Shown piece by piece: positions 10,957-20,468 of a DNA stretch of 64,000 nt. How positions within the stretch are numbered: the first letter of the stretch is position 1; each line of letters begins with the position of its first letter. The notes below the pieces were generated by a model. That model was given only the letters and a program-made list of their open reading frames with translations, was not told the origin of the DNA and did not search any database. Source of the stretch: a bacterium (GTDB lineage: Bacteria; Zhuqueibacterota; Zhuqueibacteria; Residuimicrobiales; Krinioviventaceae); assembly GCA_963674595.2 (NCBI GenBank), contig CAXXFV010000009.1, positions 154,175 through 218,174 on the forward strand, written 5' to 3'. A program made the position numbers and the translations under genes.

Positions 10957-11885
10957 AACAACAACGTATCGAACTTTTTCACCGTCACAAGGCAAATCCT
11001 ATTCTGACTGCCGCTGATTGGCCCTATCCTGTCCATACAGTGCTGAATGCTGCGGCCACCTTGTTGTATGATGGTACGACTTTGCTACTGTGCCGTGTTG
11101 AGGACTACAGAGGGCATTCTCATTTATGTGCTGCCCGTTCCGCAAATGGTGTGGATGATTGGAAGATAGACTCAAAACCCACTCTCATGGCCGATCCTGA
11201 AAAATTTCCAGAGGAATTGTGGGGGATTGAAGATCCACGTATCACCTACGTTCCCGAATTAGAACAATATGCCGTTGTTTATACAGCATTCACACAAGAA
11301 GGTCCCGGAGTGTCGCTGGCTTTAACAAAGGATTTCCGCAGCTTTGAACGCTGTGCTTTGATCATGTCCCCAGATGATAAAGATGCGGCCCTGCTTCCTC
11401 ATAGAATTGATGGTCATTGGGTATTAATCCATCGCCCCGTCAGTACTATCCATGCTCATATATGGATGTCCTATTCGACCGACCTGCGTTACTGGGGCAA
11501 CAGCAAGTTGATGCTGGAAGCCAGGCAGGGAGCGTGGTGGGATGCTGATAAAATTGGATTGTCCCCACCACTTATAGAAACAGATAAGGGATGGCTCATG
11601 ATCTATCACGGTGTGAAACGAAACGCAGCCGGTTCTATCTACAGACTTGGTCTAGCATTGTTTGATTTGAAAAAACCAGGGGAATGTCTTAAACGTGGTG
11701 ACGAGTGGATATTTGCCCCGGAAGAGACATATGAGCGCCATGGCGATGTGGATAATGTGGTATTTCCATGCGGCTATACTATTGCCGCAGATGGCGACAC
11801 AATTAACTTGTATTATGGTGCAGCAGATACGAGTATTGCATTGGCCACTGGAAGTATTCGCTCCTTGCTGGATTGGCTTGGTTGA
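10953..11885 (+). CDS. GH130-family glycosidase/mannoside phosphorylase
   Basis: GIEDPRIT, DKDAAL, IHRP, IYHGV, DVDNVVFPCG, YYGAADT. ATGA overlap with the upstream gene. Confidence 0.9.
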   Translation: MKQQRIELFHRHKANPILTAADWPYPVHTVLNAAATLLYDGTTLLLCRVEDYRGHSHLCAARSANGVDDWKIDSKPTLMADPEKFPEELWGIEDPRITYVPELEQYAVVYTAFTQEGPGVSLALTKDFRSFERCALIMSPDDKDAALLPHRIDGHWVLIHRPVSTIHAHIWMSYSTDLRYWGNSKLMLEARQGAWWDADKIGLSPPLIETDKGWLMIYHGVKRNAAGSIYRLGLALFDLKKPGECLKRGDEWIFAPEETYERHGDVDNVVFPCGYTIAADGDTINLYYGAADTSIALATGSIRSLLDWLG

Positions 11886-12010
11886 GAAAGATTAAAGCAA
11901 AGTTCGAGATTATAGATGTTTCTATTTAAAAATCCTCGATCCTATACAAACGAAAGTCATTTTATGAAAAAGGCTGCAAGCATATACTTTTATATATAGG
12001 AAATGAATAA

Positions 12011-12610
12011 ATGAAGCAAAGCACTTTATTAAATGTTTGTATTATTGTTGCCCATCCTGACGATGAAACTTTGTGGGCTGGCGGTATCGTTCTTATGCAA
12101 CCCCGGTGGCGCTGTTTTGTTATGTCACTATGTCGTGCTAACGATCCTGACCGCGCACCGAAATTTAAACAGGCGTTATCGACCTTGGGCGCTATAGGAA
12201 CCGTGGCTGACATGGATGATAGCCCGGAACAGCATCCACTTTCTCTGCGTAAAATAAAGAAAAACATAATGGCAGGAATTGGGCCACCTTTATACGATTT
12301 AATTTTGACCCATGGCCCCAACGGCGAATACACACGACATCGAAGACATGAAGAAGTCAGCCGGGCAGTGCTTGAACTTGTCCAAAGTGGTAAAATACGT
12401 TGCAGGGAATTGTGGCAGTTTGCCTACGAAGATGGTGGAGGTCACTATCTACCCAGGGCTGATGAACAAGCTACCTATTCTGTATTTTTGCCGAAAAATA
12501 TTTGGAAACGAAAACACAAGATTATTACCAAAATTTATGGTTTTGCACCAAGCAGCTGGGAGTCCCGTACTACTCCCCGAATGGAAGCTTTTTACAGAAT
12601 TGATATCTGA
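12011..12610 (+). CDS. PIG-L/LmbE-family deacetylase
   Basis: VAHPDDE and THGPNGEYTRHRRH. Confidence 0.85.
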   Translation: MKQSTLLNVCIIVAHPDDETLWAGGIVLMQPRWRCFVMSLCRANDPDRAPKFKQALSTLGAIGTVADMDDSPEQHPLSLRKIKKNIMAGIGPPLYDLILTHGPNGEYTRHRRHEEVSRAVLELVQSGKIRCRELWQFAYEDGGGHYLPRADEQATYSVFLPKNIWKRKHKIITKIYGFAPSSWESRTTPRMEAFYRIDI

Positions 12611-12649
12611 AAAGTAGATTCACTCATTTTATACTTATTGGAGCTAAAT

Positions 12650-13792
12650 ATGAAAGTTTTAGTGCTTTATGACTATCCGCCGTCACCCGGAGGTTTGGCA
12701 ACGCAAGGTGATTTGCTATACAAAGGTCTTCTTTCATTAGGTGTAGACGCACATGCCGTCCACTTTGAATCGGCCCAGGAAAAAGAATGGTATTACCGCT
12801 GGTTTGAGCCGGATATAGTAGTCGGTGTCGGTTACTGGGGGCATGCGCCACATTTGATATTACACCCCCAGAGATATGGAGTGCAGCCGGTTCCTTGGCT
12901 CGTGGCTGATGGATATATAGCCAATTATGTTAATGTGCTGAACAAGCTGCCATTAATTCTGGTAACATCTAGCTGGGTAAAAGAAACTTATGTGCGGGAC
13001 GGTATAAAACCTGATAATATCCATGTACTGCCTGTGGGTTGCGATACCGATTCTTTTATCCCACGAGAGCTGTCAGATATCAAAATTGCGACAGTTCGTG
13101 AAACCTTGGGTATTGCCGCTGATCAATTAATGATTTTAACAGTAGGTGGTGATGCGGCATCCAAAGGTGCACAAGAAGTAATGCAAGCTCTTGCTCTGGT
13201 CGATAATCAGCTACCAGACTGGAAATACGTTTGCAAGGTCTGGCCGCAAGACAGGACCAGTATGCAGAACCTTGTAGATTTCCAATTGGCTACCAGTCTG
13301 GGCATCGAAAAAAACGTTGTATTTACAACCAATAAAATATCACGCAATTTTATGCCCTATTTAATAGGTGCCTGTGATATTTATGCGGCACCTTCCCGGT
13401 TGGAAGGATTTGGAATGCCTCAGGTAGAAGCAGGTGCCTGTGGTAAACCGGTTATTAGTATTAGCGCCATGGCTATGCTGGACACACTGGTCCATGGGGA
13501 AACAGCCCTCCTTGCGGGAATTGCTCAGGAAATCCTCCTATCAGAGACTATCGTGGGTGAGGAGTCCGGATACAAACCTGGCCATCGGGTTGTTTTTAAC
13601 AAACCACGTACCGCTGATTACAGGGCCAGTATTTATGATATTGCTGATCACCTGCTCAATTTGATGACCCACCCTGAATTACGAACAAGTATGGGCAAAG
13701 CCGGTAGGAAACGTGTTGTGGAAAGGTTTGATTATCGGATAGTTGCCCAAAAATTTATTGATATTGTAAACCAGGTTTTTGGAGTAAATTGA
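12650..13792 (+). CDS. GT4 glycosyltransferase
   Basis: PSRLEGFGMPQVEAGACGKPVI, and MGKAGRKRV near the C-terminus. GGAG before ATG 12650. Confidence 0.9.
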   Translation: MKVLVLYDYPPSPGGLATQGDLLYKGLLSLGVDAHAVHFESAQEKEWYYRWFEPDIVVGVGYWGHAPHLILHPQRYGVQPVPWLVADGYIANYVNVLNKLPLILVTSSWVKETYVRDGIKPDNIHVLPVGCDTDSFIPRELSDIKIATVRETLGIAADQLMILTVGGDAASKGAQEVMQALALVDNQLPDWKYVCKVWPQDRTSMQNLVDFQLATSLGIEKNVVFTTNKISRNFMPYLIGACDIYAAPSRLEGFGMPQVEAGACGKPVISISAMAMLDTLVHGETALLAGIAQEILLSETIVGEESGYKPGHRVVFNKPRTADYRASIYDIADHLLNLMTHPELRTSMGKAGRKRVVERFDYRIVAQKFIDIVNQVFGVN

Positions 13793-14950
13793 ATGAAAAT
13801 GATTGACAACGTTCCTTTCGAAGAATCAAAAAATGCAGCACTCCACGTGTTGCTTCATAACAGAAAAGGCCCATATCACGATCTACCACGTACCGCAGGA
13901 TGGGGTTATCCCGAACCTTACACTCGGGATCTGCTTATTGCTTCTTTAGGTATTCTGGTTTCAGGTAATGAAAAACTCATAAACTCCCTGAAACAAGTCC
14001 TGCAAACTCTGGCCGGGAATCAAACCTTCCATGGTCATATACCGTCACTGGTCCATGATTCAGAAGACCGGGGTGCGAGCGACACAACGCCGCTTTTTCT
14101 TCTGGCCCTGGGTCTTTATCGTAAAGTAACTGGTGAAAATACTTTTCTTGAGGATGCTACTGAAAAGGCTCTGGTGTGGATGGACTATCAAAGTCCCGAT
14201 GACCGGGTGATGGTAGGCCAGTTACCAACTAGTGACTGGCGTGATGAACAATGGGTATTAGGTTATGGTCTTTTCGTGAATACAATTGTGTTTGCCTATT
14301 TACCCCTATACGGCCAGTTTGAGAAGGCGAAAAAACTTCATGATCTGATGGAGCGTTTTATTGTGCGTGGTGAGGCCCAGCACAAGCATGTGCATGAAGG
14401 TCTTGTTCTCCCACATTTACCTTATTATGCGATGTCCTCTTACAAAATGTACCGCAGTAGTCGATTTGATCTATTGGGTAACAGCCTGGCCATGCTGAGT
14501 GGTTTGACAGCCCCTTCCCGAGCAGATGCGATGATTTTATGGATTGAAAAAGAGTGCAAGAACTTGAGTTCCAGGGGAGAGCTAGTAGTCGATTTGCCTC
14601 CTGTGCTTTTTCCGTACATCCAACCTACAGACTCGGACTGGCGGCCTCGTTATGACAAGTATAACCGTCCTGGTCAATATCATAATGGCGGTGTATGGCC
14701 GTATATATGCGGTTTTTATGTGGCTGCACTGGTTAAAGCAGGGCACATGAAATTGGCAAAAGAAAAGCTTGCTGCTTTAACACATTTATGTCGTCTTTCA
14801 GTGGATACTGATCTTGATTTTGGCTTTAATGAATGGATTAATGCTCATAAAGGCGTGCCGGCAGGGCAGGATTGGCAGACATGGTCTGCTGCCATGTATT
14901 TGTATGCAGCGGAATGTGTTGAAAAGGGGAAAGCTGTTCTTTTTGAATGA
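13793..14950 (+). CDS. GH100-like (neutral invertase / amylo-alpha-1,6-glucosidase-like) (alpha/alpha)6 glycoside hydrolase
   Basis: YPEPYTRD, SDWRD, YHNGGVWP, FNEW, QTWSAAMYL. Confidence 0.8.
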   Translation: MKMIDNVPFEESKNAALHVLLHNRKGPYHDLPRTAGWGYPEPYTRDLLIASLGILVSGNEKLINSLKQVLQTLAGNQTFHGHIPSLVHDSEDRGASDTTPLFLLALGLYRKVTGENTFLEDATEKALVWMDYQSPDDRVMVGQLPTSDWRDEQWVLGYGLFVNTIVFAYLPLYGQFEKAKKLHDLMERFIVRGEAQHKHVHEGLVLPHLPYYAMSSYKMYRSSRFDLLGNSLAMLSGLTAPSRADAMILWIEKECKNLSSRGELVVDLPPVLFPYIQPTDSDWRPRYDKYNRPGQYHNGGVWPYICGFYVAALVKAGHMKLAKEKLAALTHLCRLSVDTDLDFGFNEWINAHKGVPAGQDWQTWSAAMYLYAAECVEKGKAVLFE

Positions 14951-15373
14951 AAGCTGTTTTGTATTTTTTATTTTTCGAAAACGCAAATTGAACAACACCA
15001 AGCGTACTTTTTCTCTGAACAGGTCCTGAATGCTATTAGTCACTTTTATCGTCAGATGTAATTTGACCGAAACAATTTTTTTGGGGATCCCAAATAAAAC
15101 TTGCATTTTAGGCTATTTATTATATATGCATATACTTATAAATAATCTTACGTATTGAAACTGAATAATTGTACAATATACGATGTTCGTAAAGTTGGTC
15201 GAATAAATGTGAGAAAATGTTTCTGCACTGTTTATTTTAACAAAATACTAAAAGACAGAGATATTATTCACTTTCTGGCGATGCCTTGGAGATTTTGTAC
15301 GTATAATTTGAGTTGCATTATTGTTATCCATCTTGAAATGAAAAGTTAATATATTTCAAAAAAAGGTAAAATT

Positions 15374-16030
15374 TTGGCAAAAATACAAATCTTGTTGATC
15401 GAAGACAACAAGATTCTGAGGGAAGGTATCGCTGCCATGCTCAACGATCATAGTGAATTCAAAGTCATCGCAAAATCTGAAGATGGTGATGCGTTGCTTC
15501 AGGTAAAGAGCCTGAGGCAGCCCCCCGATGTTGTCCTTTTGGATCTGGGTCTGGAAAAAGTTAATAGTTTAAAGTTGATGGTCGTTCTTAAGAAAGAATT
15601 ACCCACGACAAAGGTCATCGCAATGGACATTCTCCCCGATCACGTCGATATTATTGAGTTTGTGAAAGCCGGGGGATCTGGATTCATTCTTAAAAATGCC
15701 CCTTTAATGGATTGGATCGAAACCATCAAGATTGTCGCAACAGGTGAAAAAGTATTGCCCCCGGTTTTGACCCAATCACTCTTTACACAGATCGTCGATT
15801 TAGCCCTCAAAAAGAACCAGGGCATACCCACCGACTCTTACCAATTTACGAGTCGAGAACATCAAGTCGTCGATCTGATTGCGAAAGGCCTGAGCAACAA
15901 AGAAATTGCTGAATCACTCCACATCGCCACCTATACTGTCAAGAGCCATGTGCACAATATCCTGGAAAAGCTGGAGCTCAGCACACGTCTGCAGATAGCG
16001 GCCTTTGTTCGCAAGGGAGAATCCGAATGA
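15374..16030 (+). CDS. NarL/FixJ-family response regulator, copy 2
   Basis: Protein identical to copy 1 except within the first ~15 residues. Confidence 0.93.
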   Translation: MAKIQILLIEDNKILREGIAAMLNDHSEFKVIAKSEDGDALLQVKSLRQPPDVVLLDLGLEKVNSLKLMVVLKKELPTTKVIAMDILPDHVDIIEFVKAGGSGFILKNAPLMDWIETIKIVATGEKVLPPVLTQSLFTQIVDLALKKNQGIPTDSYQFTSREHQVVDLIAKGLSNKEIAESLHIATYTVKSHVHNILEKLELSTRLQIAAFVRKGESE

Positions 16031-16780
16031 TCGGATTCACATACTTATAATCATTCACTTTTTAAAAAACATTACATCACACCCTCCTGCTTTATCTCCT
16101 GCATAACGCATTTTTAAATTTCCTGAATATTATCTCATGTTTTTCCCTACAAGGAATTAGTTCTTTATAGTACTAAAGAACGAGTTCCTTTTTCATCCTT
16201 TTGGGCGATTGACTTTAGGGTTGAATTTGATTAACTACTATTATCAACAAAATTATACAATGAAACATATAGTGATGACATAGATATTTAAAATCAAGTC
16301 AAAAAAAATAAGAGACCAAACAATGCAACTGAGCATTCATTATTATGTCCTGTTATTGAGCGAACAAATGAGCAGGCTTTACGAGGGATTTCGAGACAAA
16401 CTCATTGATATTCAAAACACGCATTTTCCGTTTGAAATTACAATTGATGTTGGTAATCCTGCCTCCAAAGACATACAATTGAAAAAATTTTATCACCAAA
16501 CAGACCAGCACTTTGCCCATTATTATAAACAAGATCCACTTGCATTAGTGGTAGTCGGCGAAGAGAGAAGCCAGGCCATTTTTAAAACTTTGACGAAGCA
16601 TAGGGATGAATATATCGGCGTGGTTGAAGGCGATTATACCACCACTTCTCTGCACGATTTGGGCAAGATTATATGGCCCGTCGTCAAGGAGGCCATCGCG
16701 GGTGTAAATAAAAATGCCATGCGTGATCTGGAAATAGCGGTCGAGAGGCATAAAGTCGTTTTCGGAATTGACTTGGTGGG
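15422..16780 (+). repeat. 1359-bp near-identical direct repeat, copy 2
   Basis: Matches 1068-2426. Confidence 0.97.
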
Positions 16781-17024
16781 ACAGTCTGTGAAAACTAAGA
16801 CAGGCTCCATTTTGTACGTTGAAGAAGATTATCATGTGAAGGGTAGCATTCGTGAATTGAACAATACGCTAACATTCTCAAAACATGTGGATCTACGGGA
16901 AGTGTTCGACGACGTCGTAGATATCATCATCGAAAAGGTGTTGAAAATGGGAGGAACGGTGATCTTTCTGGATAGAGGTTCGTTGATGAAATTTGAGAAA
17001 ATCGCTTTGATTCTGTGTGATTGA
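16323..17024 (+). CDS. baeRF3/Balon-like (aeRF1/Pelota superfamily) protein lacking the N-terminal domain
   Basis: YYVLLLSE..RLYEG, FPF, LVVVG, EGDY, LYVEEDY, DDVVDIIIEKVLKMGGTV..L....IALIL resemble the middle and C-terminal domains of the family. Confidence 0.75.
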   Translation: MQLSIHYYVLLLSEQMSRLYEGFRDKLIDIQNTHFPFEITIDVGNPASKDIQLKKFYHQTDQHFAHYYKQDPLALVVVGEERSQAIFKTLTKHRDEYIGVVEGDYTTTSLHDLGKIIWPVVKEAIAGVNKNAMRDLEIAVERHKVVFGIDLVGQSVKTKTGSILYVEEDYHVKGSIRELNNTLTFSKHVDLREVFDDVVDIIIEKVLKMGGTVIFLDRGSLMKFEKIALILCD

Positions 17025-17066
17025 TTGCCACATAGCGACTGGTGTATTAAAAAGGAAAAGTGAAAA

Positions 17067-17348
17067 ATGTTTGAAAATGATAATCAACTTTTTGAGGACT
17101 TGGCCATTGAGTACATGGACAATTTGTACAGCAATGCGATTAGATTGGTGAAAAGCGCAAAAACAGCAGAAGATATGGTACAGCAAACCTATGCAGTGGC
17201 TTTTTGTGTTTTTGAGCAGTTCGACAAAAAAAGTGATTTCAATAAATGGCTGAACGAGATTTTGATGCTTGTGTATAAGAATAGTCAATTTTGCCATTAT
17301 GAGCCCACCGTCAATTGTTTGGGTAAAGCTGTACAAGTTGAACAATAA
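17067..17348 (+). CDS. ECF sigma-factor region-2-only protein
   Basis: FEDLAIEYMDNLYSNAIRL...AEDMVQQTY...F..WL..I. No region 4. AAGGA upstream. Confidence 0.7.
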   Translation: MFENDNQLFEDLAIEYMDNLYSNAIRLVKSAKTAEDMVQQTYAVAFCVFEQFDKKSDFNKWLNEILMLVYKNSQFCHYEPTVNCLGKAVQVEQ

Positions 17349-17371
17349 CAAAAAAAGGAATGAAAATTACG

Positions 17372-17518
17372 ATGATATGGACTATCGCTACTGTACTGAT
17401 CATTTTGTGGCTATTGGGGTTAATCACTTCCACTATGGGTGGTTTAATACATGTTTTTCTGATAACCGCTGTCATGCTCATCCTGATCAACGTCATTGGC
17501 AAAAGAAAAGCCTTGTGA
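17372..17518 (+). CDS. lmo0937-family (DUF5670) small membrane protein 1, 48 aa; not in the ORF track
   Basis: MIWTIATVLIILWLLGLITSTMGGLIHVFLITAVMLILINVIGKRKAL. Alternative in-frame ATG at 17360. Confidence 0.85.
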   Translation: MIWTIATVLIILWLLGLITSTMGGLIHVFLITAVMLILINVIGKRKAL

Positions 17519-17749
17519 CAATTTAGTACTTCGACGTCGGGCTCATTTAGAAGAAAAAGAGATATTAAAAAAAGATTAGTAATCATTCGATGAAACATTG
17601 GTACGCTAGATGACACCCGGCAATTGTGCTTTGAATTTTTCAACAATGCTTATGTTTGTATAGTGCAGAAAAAGCGGGCCTTCGGTCAACTAATCGGCTT
17701 GCCCTCACTCTAATCAATATTTAGTCCACATTTTTAAAAGAGGTTTATT

Positions 17750-18424
17750 ATGAAATCAAAAATGAACGTTATCATCGCAACTGTACTCTGTGCTTCGATT
17801 ATAATATTGATGGGATGCGGAGCCAGTAACGCGTTGAAAGGTGGTGGGATTGGCGCAGGAGTCGGAGGCGTTGCTGGCGGTGTTATCGGAAAGCAATTAG
17901 GAAATACGGCTGTTGGCGCCATCATTGGTGCGGCAGTCGGTGGAACGACCGGAGCACTCATCGGCCGGCACATGGACAGGCAAGCAGAAGAGATGAGACA
18001 GGACGTCAAAAACGCAAAAATCGAACGAATTGGAGAAGGTATTAAAATCACGTTCGACTCTGGAATTCTGTTCGAAACAAATTCATCTCAGTTACAGCCT
18101 GTGGCAAAAACAAACATTGAGAGTCTGGTGAAGGTCCTTCAGAAATATCCTGATACCAACATTCTAATCGAAGGAGATACCGATAACACAGGCACTGACG
18201 AATACAACCAAAAGTTGTCAGAACGTCGTGCCAAGGCGGTCGCCGATTATCAAATGGGTCAGGGTATTACTGGTTCAAGGATTTCCACGGTAGGACTCGG
18301 CGAGTTGAATCCTATCGCTTCAAACGATACAGACTATGGTCGTCAGCAGAACCGACGGGTAGAGGTCGCCATTTTTGCAAACGACAAGTTGAAAAAAGCC
18401 GCCGAGAACGGCAAACTTGACTAA
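17750..18424 (+). CDS. OmpA-family lipoprotein with glycine zipper
   Basis: Lipobox LMGC, G-rich zipper, TDNTG..YNQKLSERRA, NRRVE. Confidence 0.95.
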   Translation: MKSKMNVIIATVLCASIIILMGCGASNALKGGGIGAGVGGVAGGVIGKQLGNTAVGAIIGAAVGGTTGALIGRHMDRQAEEMRQDVKNAKIERIGEGIKITFDSGILFETNSSQLQPVAKTNIESLVKVLQKYPDTNILIEGDTDNTGTDEYNQKLSERRAKAVADYQMGQGITGSRISTVGLGELNPIASNDTDYGRQQNRRVEVAIFANDKLKKAAENGKLD

Positions 18425-18516
18425 CTCAACTAAGTACCCATAAAGCCGATGGCAATGGTTAAGCAGATACTGTTCCATGAAAAACTAAAATTTTTATCAT
18501 TAACAAGGAGACCAAA

Positions 18517-18876
18517 ATGCCTTTAATCAATGTCGTAATAGTGCTGATCGTGGCTGGTGTCATCCTCTGATTAATTAATCAGTATATACCAATGGATCGT
18601 AAGATTAAATCGATCTTGAATGTGGTCGTGATTATTGTGGTGGTTTTGTGGTTGTTGAGCGCTTTTGGAGTGATCGGTTCTATGTCCACCATCCGCATTG
18701 GCCGGAAAGAATCACAACAATCGGAAATGGTAGAACAAAACCGGCAGTATATAAAGTGGCACCGGGTGACATTCACTCAAAGGAAGCAATGGCTAACATG
18801 CGAGTTCTTTTTGAAATTGTCGTCAAGTAAAAAAATAATGTATTATATTTGGAATTTATTTGAGAAGAAGAGGTGA
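18517..18876 (+). pseudogene. Thivi_2564-type small membrane protein with a Trp-to-TGA nonsense codon at 18568 and an extended 3' end
   Basis: AAGGAG, then MPLINVVIVLIVAGVIL*LINQYIPMDRKIKSILNVVVIIVVVLWLL. Confidence 0.75.
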
Positions 18877-18880
18877 TTTT

Positions 18881-19423
18881 ATGTGGAGTAAACGTTTATT
18901 GATACTGGGGGTAATCACAGTGTTGGTTGCGCCGGTGAATGCAAAGAGTGTAAGTCTGGGCCCGCAGGTTGGTTATTATAAAGTCCAGGATGCCGATCAG
19001 GGTGATTTTATGGGTGGTGTGGCCTGGCGATTCAGGCTCACGCCGATGCTAGGTCTTGAAGCATCCATCAACTATCGTCAGGAAAAATATGCGGATGACG
19101 TTTTGACGGTCCGGAGCTGGCCAATAATGGTAACCGGTTTAATTTATCCGTTCCCCCGAGTTTATGGAGCCATTGGCGCTGGTTGGTATAGCACGACTTT
19201 CGATTATGATCAGAACAAGTTCTCGTTACTTGAAGACGAAACGACGCTGGAATTTGGCTGGCATTTTGGCGGTGGCGTGGAACTACCTGTCGGTTCAAAT
19301 TTCAAATTAACGACAGATTTACGTTATGTCTTCCTGAATTACGATTTTAATACAATCATGAATAATAGTGACCTGAACAGTAACTTTTATATTATCACCG
19401 CAGGATTCCTGCTCGGTCTATAA
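18881..19423 (+). CDS. Outer-membrane beta-barrel (porin-family) protein
   Basis: Signal peptide, alternating beta-strands (VYGAIGAGWY, FGWHFGGGVE). GAGG before ATG 18881. Confidence 0.8.
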   Translation: MWSKRLLILGVITVLVAPVNAKSVSLGPQVGYYKVQDADQGDFMGGVAWRFRLTPMLGLEASINYRQEKYADDVLTVRSWPIMVTGLIYPFPRVYGAIGAGWYSTTFDYDQNKFSLLEDETTLEFGWHFGGGVELPVGSNFKLTTDLRYVFLNYDFNTIMNNSDLNSNFYIITAGFLLGL

Positions 19424-19514
19424 TTACTTAAAGTTGAATGGATATGAAAGTGTTTAGCTTTGTTTTCATTACTCAATAGATAGGTAATTATTTTTCACTG
19501 AGGAGTAAACACAA

Positions 19515-19883
19515 ATGTCATCAAATTGGAAGCATTTCAAGAATAGTGTAAAAGGTGAACTTTCTGACGCGTTAACCATGACTAAGAAATACTTAAAAAT
19601 CGGAAAGGGTAAGTTTCATCTGATGAAAATTAATAAATCTCTGAACGACACGTTTCTGAAGCTGGGCATCAAAGTCTATAATGAAATCAGTGAAGAGATA
19701 AAAGGCGATACCTTGTATAGCCCGGAAGTGAAAAGCTTAATCGAAAAGGTGAACCAGCTCAAACAATTCAAAAAAGATAAGGAACTGGATATCGATGGGC
19801 TCAAGAAAGAACCCGTTCAGCAAACCAAAACAGTTGAGGATAAAGACAATTCCCCTAATGTCAAGGTCAAGGAAATGGTTTAA
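19515..19883 (+). CDS. Hypothetical coiled-coil protein
   Basis: GAGGAG RBS and a 122-aa helical ORF. Confidence 0.7.
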   Translation: MSSNWKHFKNSVKGELSDALTMTKKYLKIGKGKFHLMKINKSLNDTFLKLGIKVYNEISEEIKGDTLYSPEVKSLIEKVNQLKQFKKDKELDIDGLKKEPVQQTKTVEDKDNSPNVKVKEMV

Positions 19884-19998
19884 CTCAACACAAAGGATAG
19901 TTAATCCTATAAGGCCAAGTCTACACGGCCAAGGTTGGTGTTGTTTTGCCTATCATTTATAAACATCGGGCGACGTCGTCGCCGGAAAGGAGTCAAAC

Positions 19999-20148
19999 AT
20001 GCTTTGGACCATTTTTGTGATTCTTTTGGCTGTATGGTTGCTAGCAGTATTCAGTGGCCACGTACTGGGTGGATTCATTCATACCCTGCTGGTGATCGCC
20101 ATCATTATTATGCTGGTCAGAGTCTTTAAAGGACGCAAATCTATGTGA
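19999..20148 (+). CDS. lmo0937-family small membrane protein 2, 49 aa; not in the ORF track
   Basis: AAGGAG, then MLWTIFVILLAVWLLAVFSGHVLGGFIHTLLVIAIIIMLVRVFKGRKSM. Confidence 0.9.
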   Translation: MLWTIFVILLAVWLLAVFSGHVLGGFIHTLLVIAIIIMLVRVFKGRKSM

Positions 20149-20468
20149 ATATGTCGTGAAGCCAACTATGGAAAAATACTGTGCATTAGTGCGAAAAAGG
20201 AACGGTAATGGACAAAATCCAGCTTCACACAAAATAATCAGATCGCCGGATGTTGAGCCCTCTAACAGCAAGGGAAAGGAAAAGCACAGAATGTTGCGCC
20301 CCCATTTCGAATAGCAGAGCACAGCCTTTGCGATCTAGGAACTAACCAGAATGAAAGGAAAAAAAGGAAACAGGATTTTTGAAAAAGAAAACTTTGACAA
20401 TATTTACGCAGGCCAGTTTAACCATCTTTATTAATAAACTTTTTAATCAATCAAAAAAGGAGAACACC

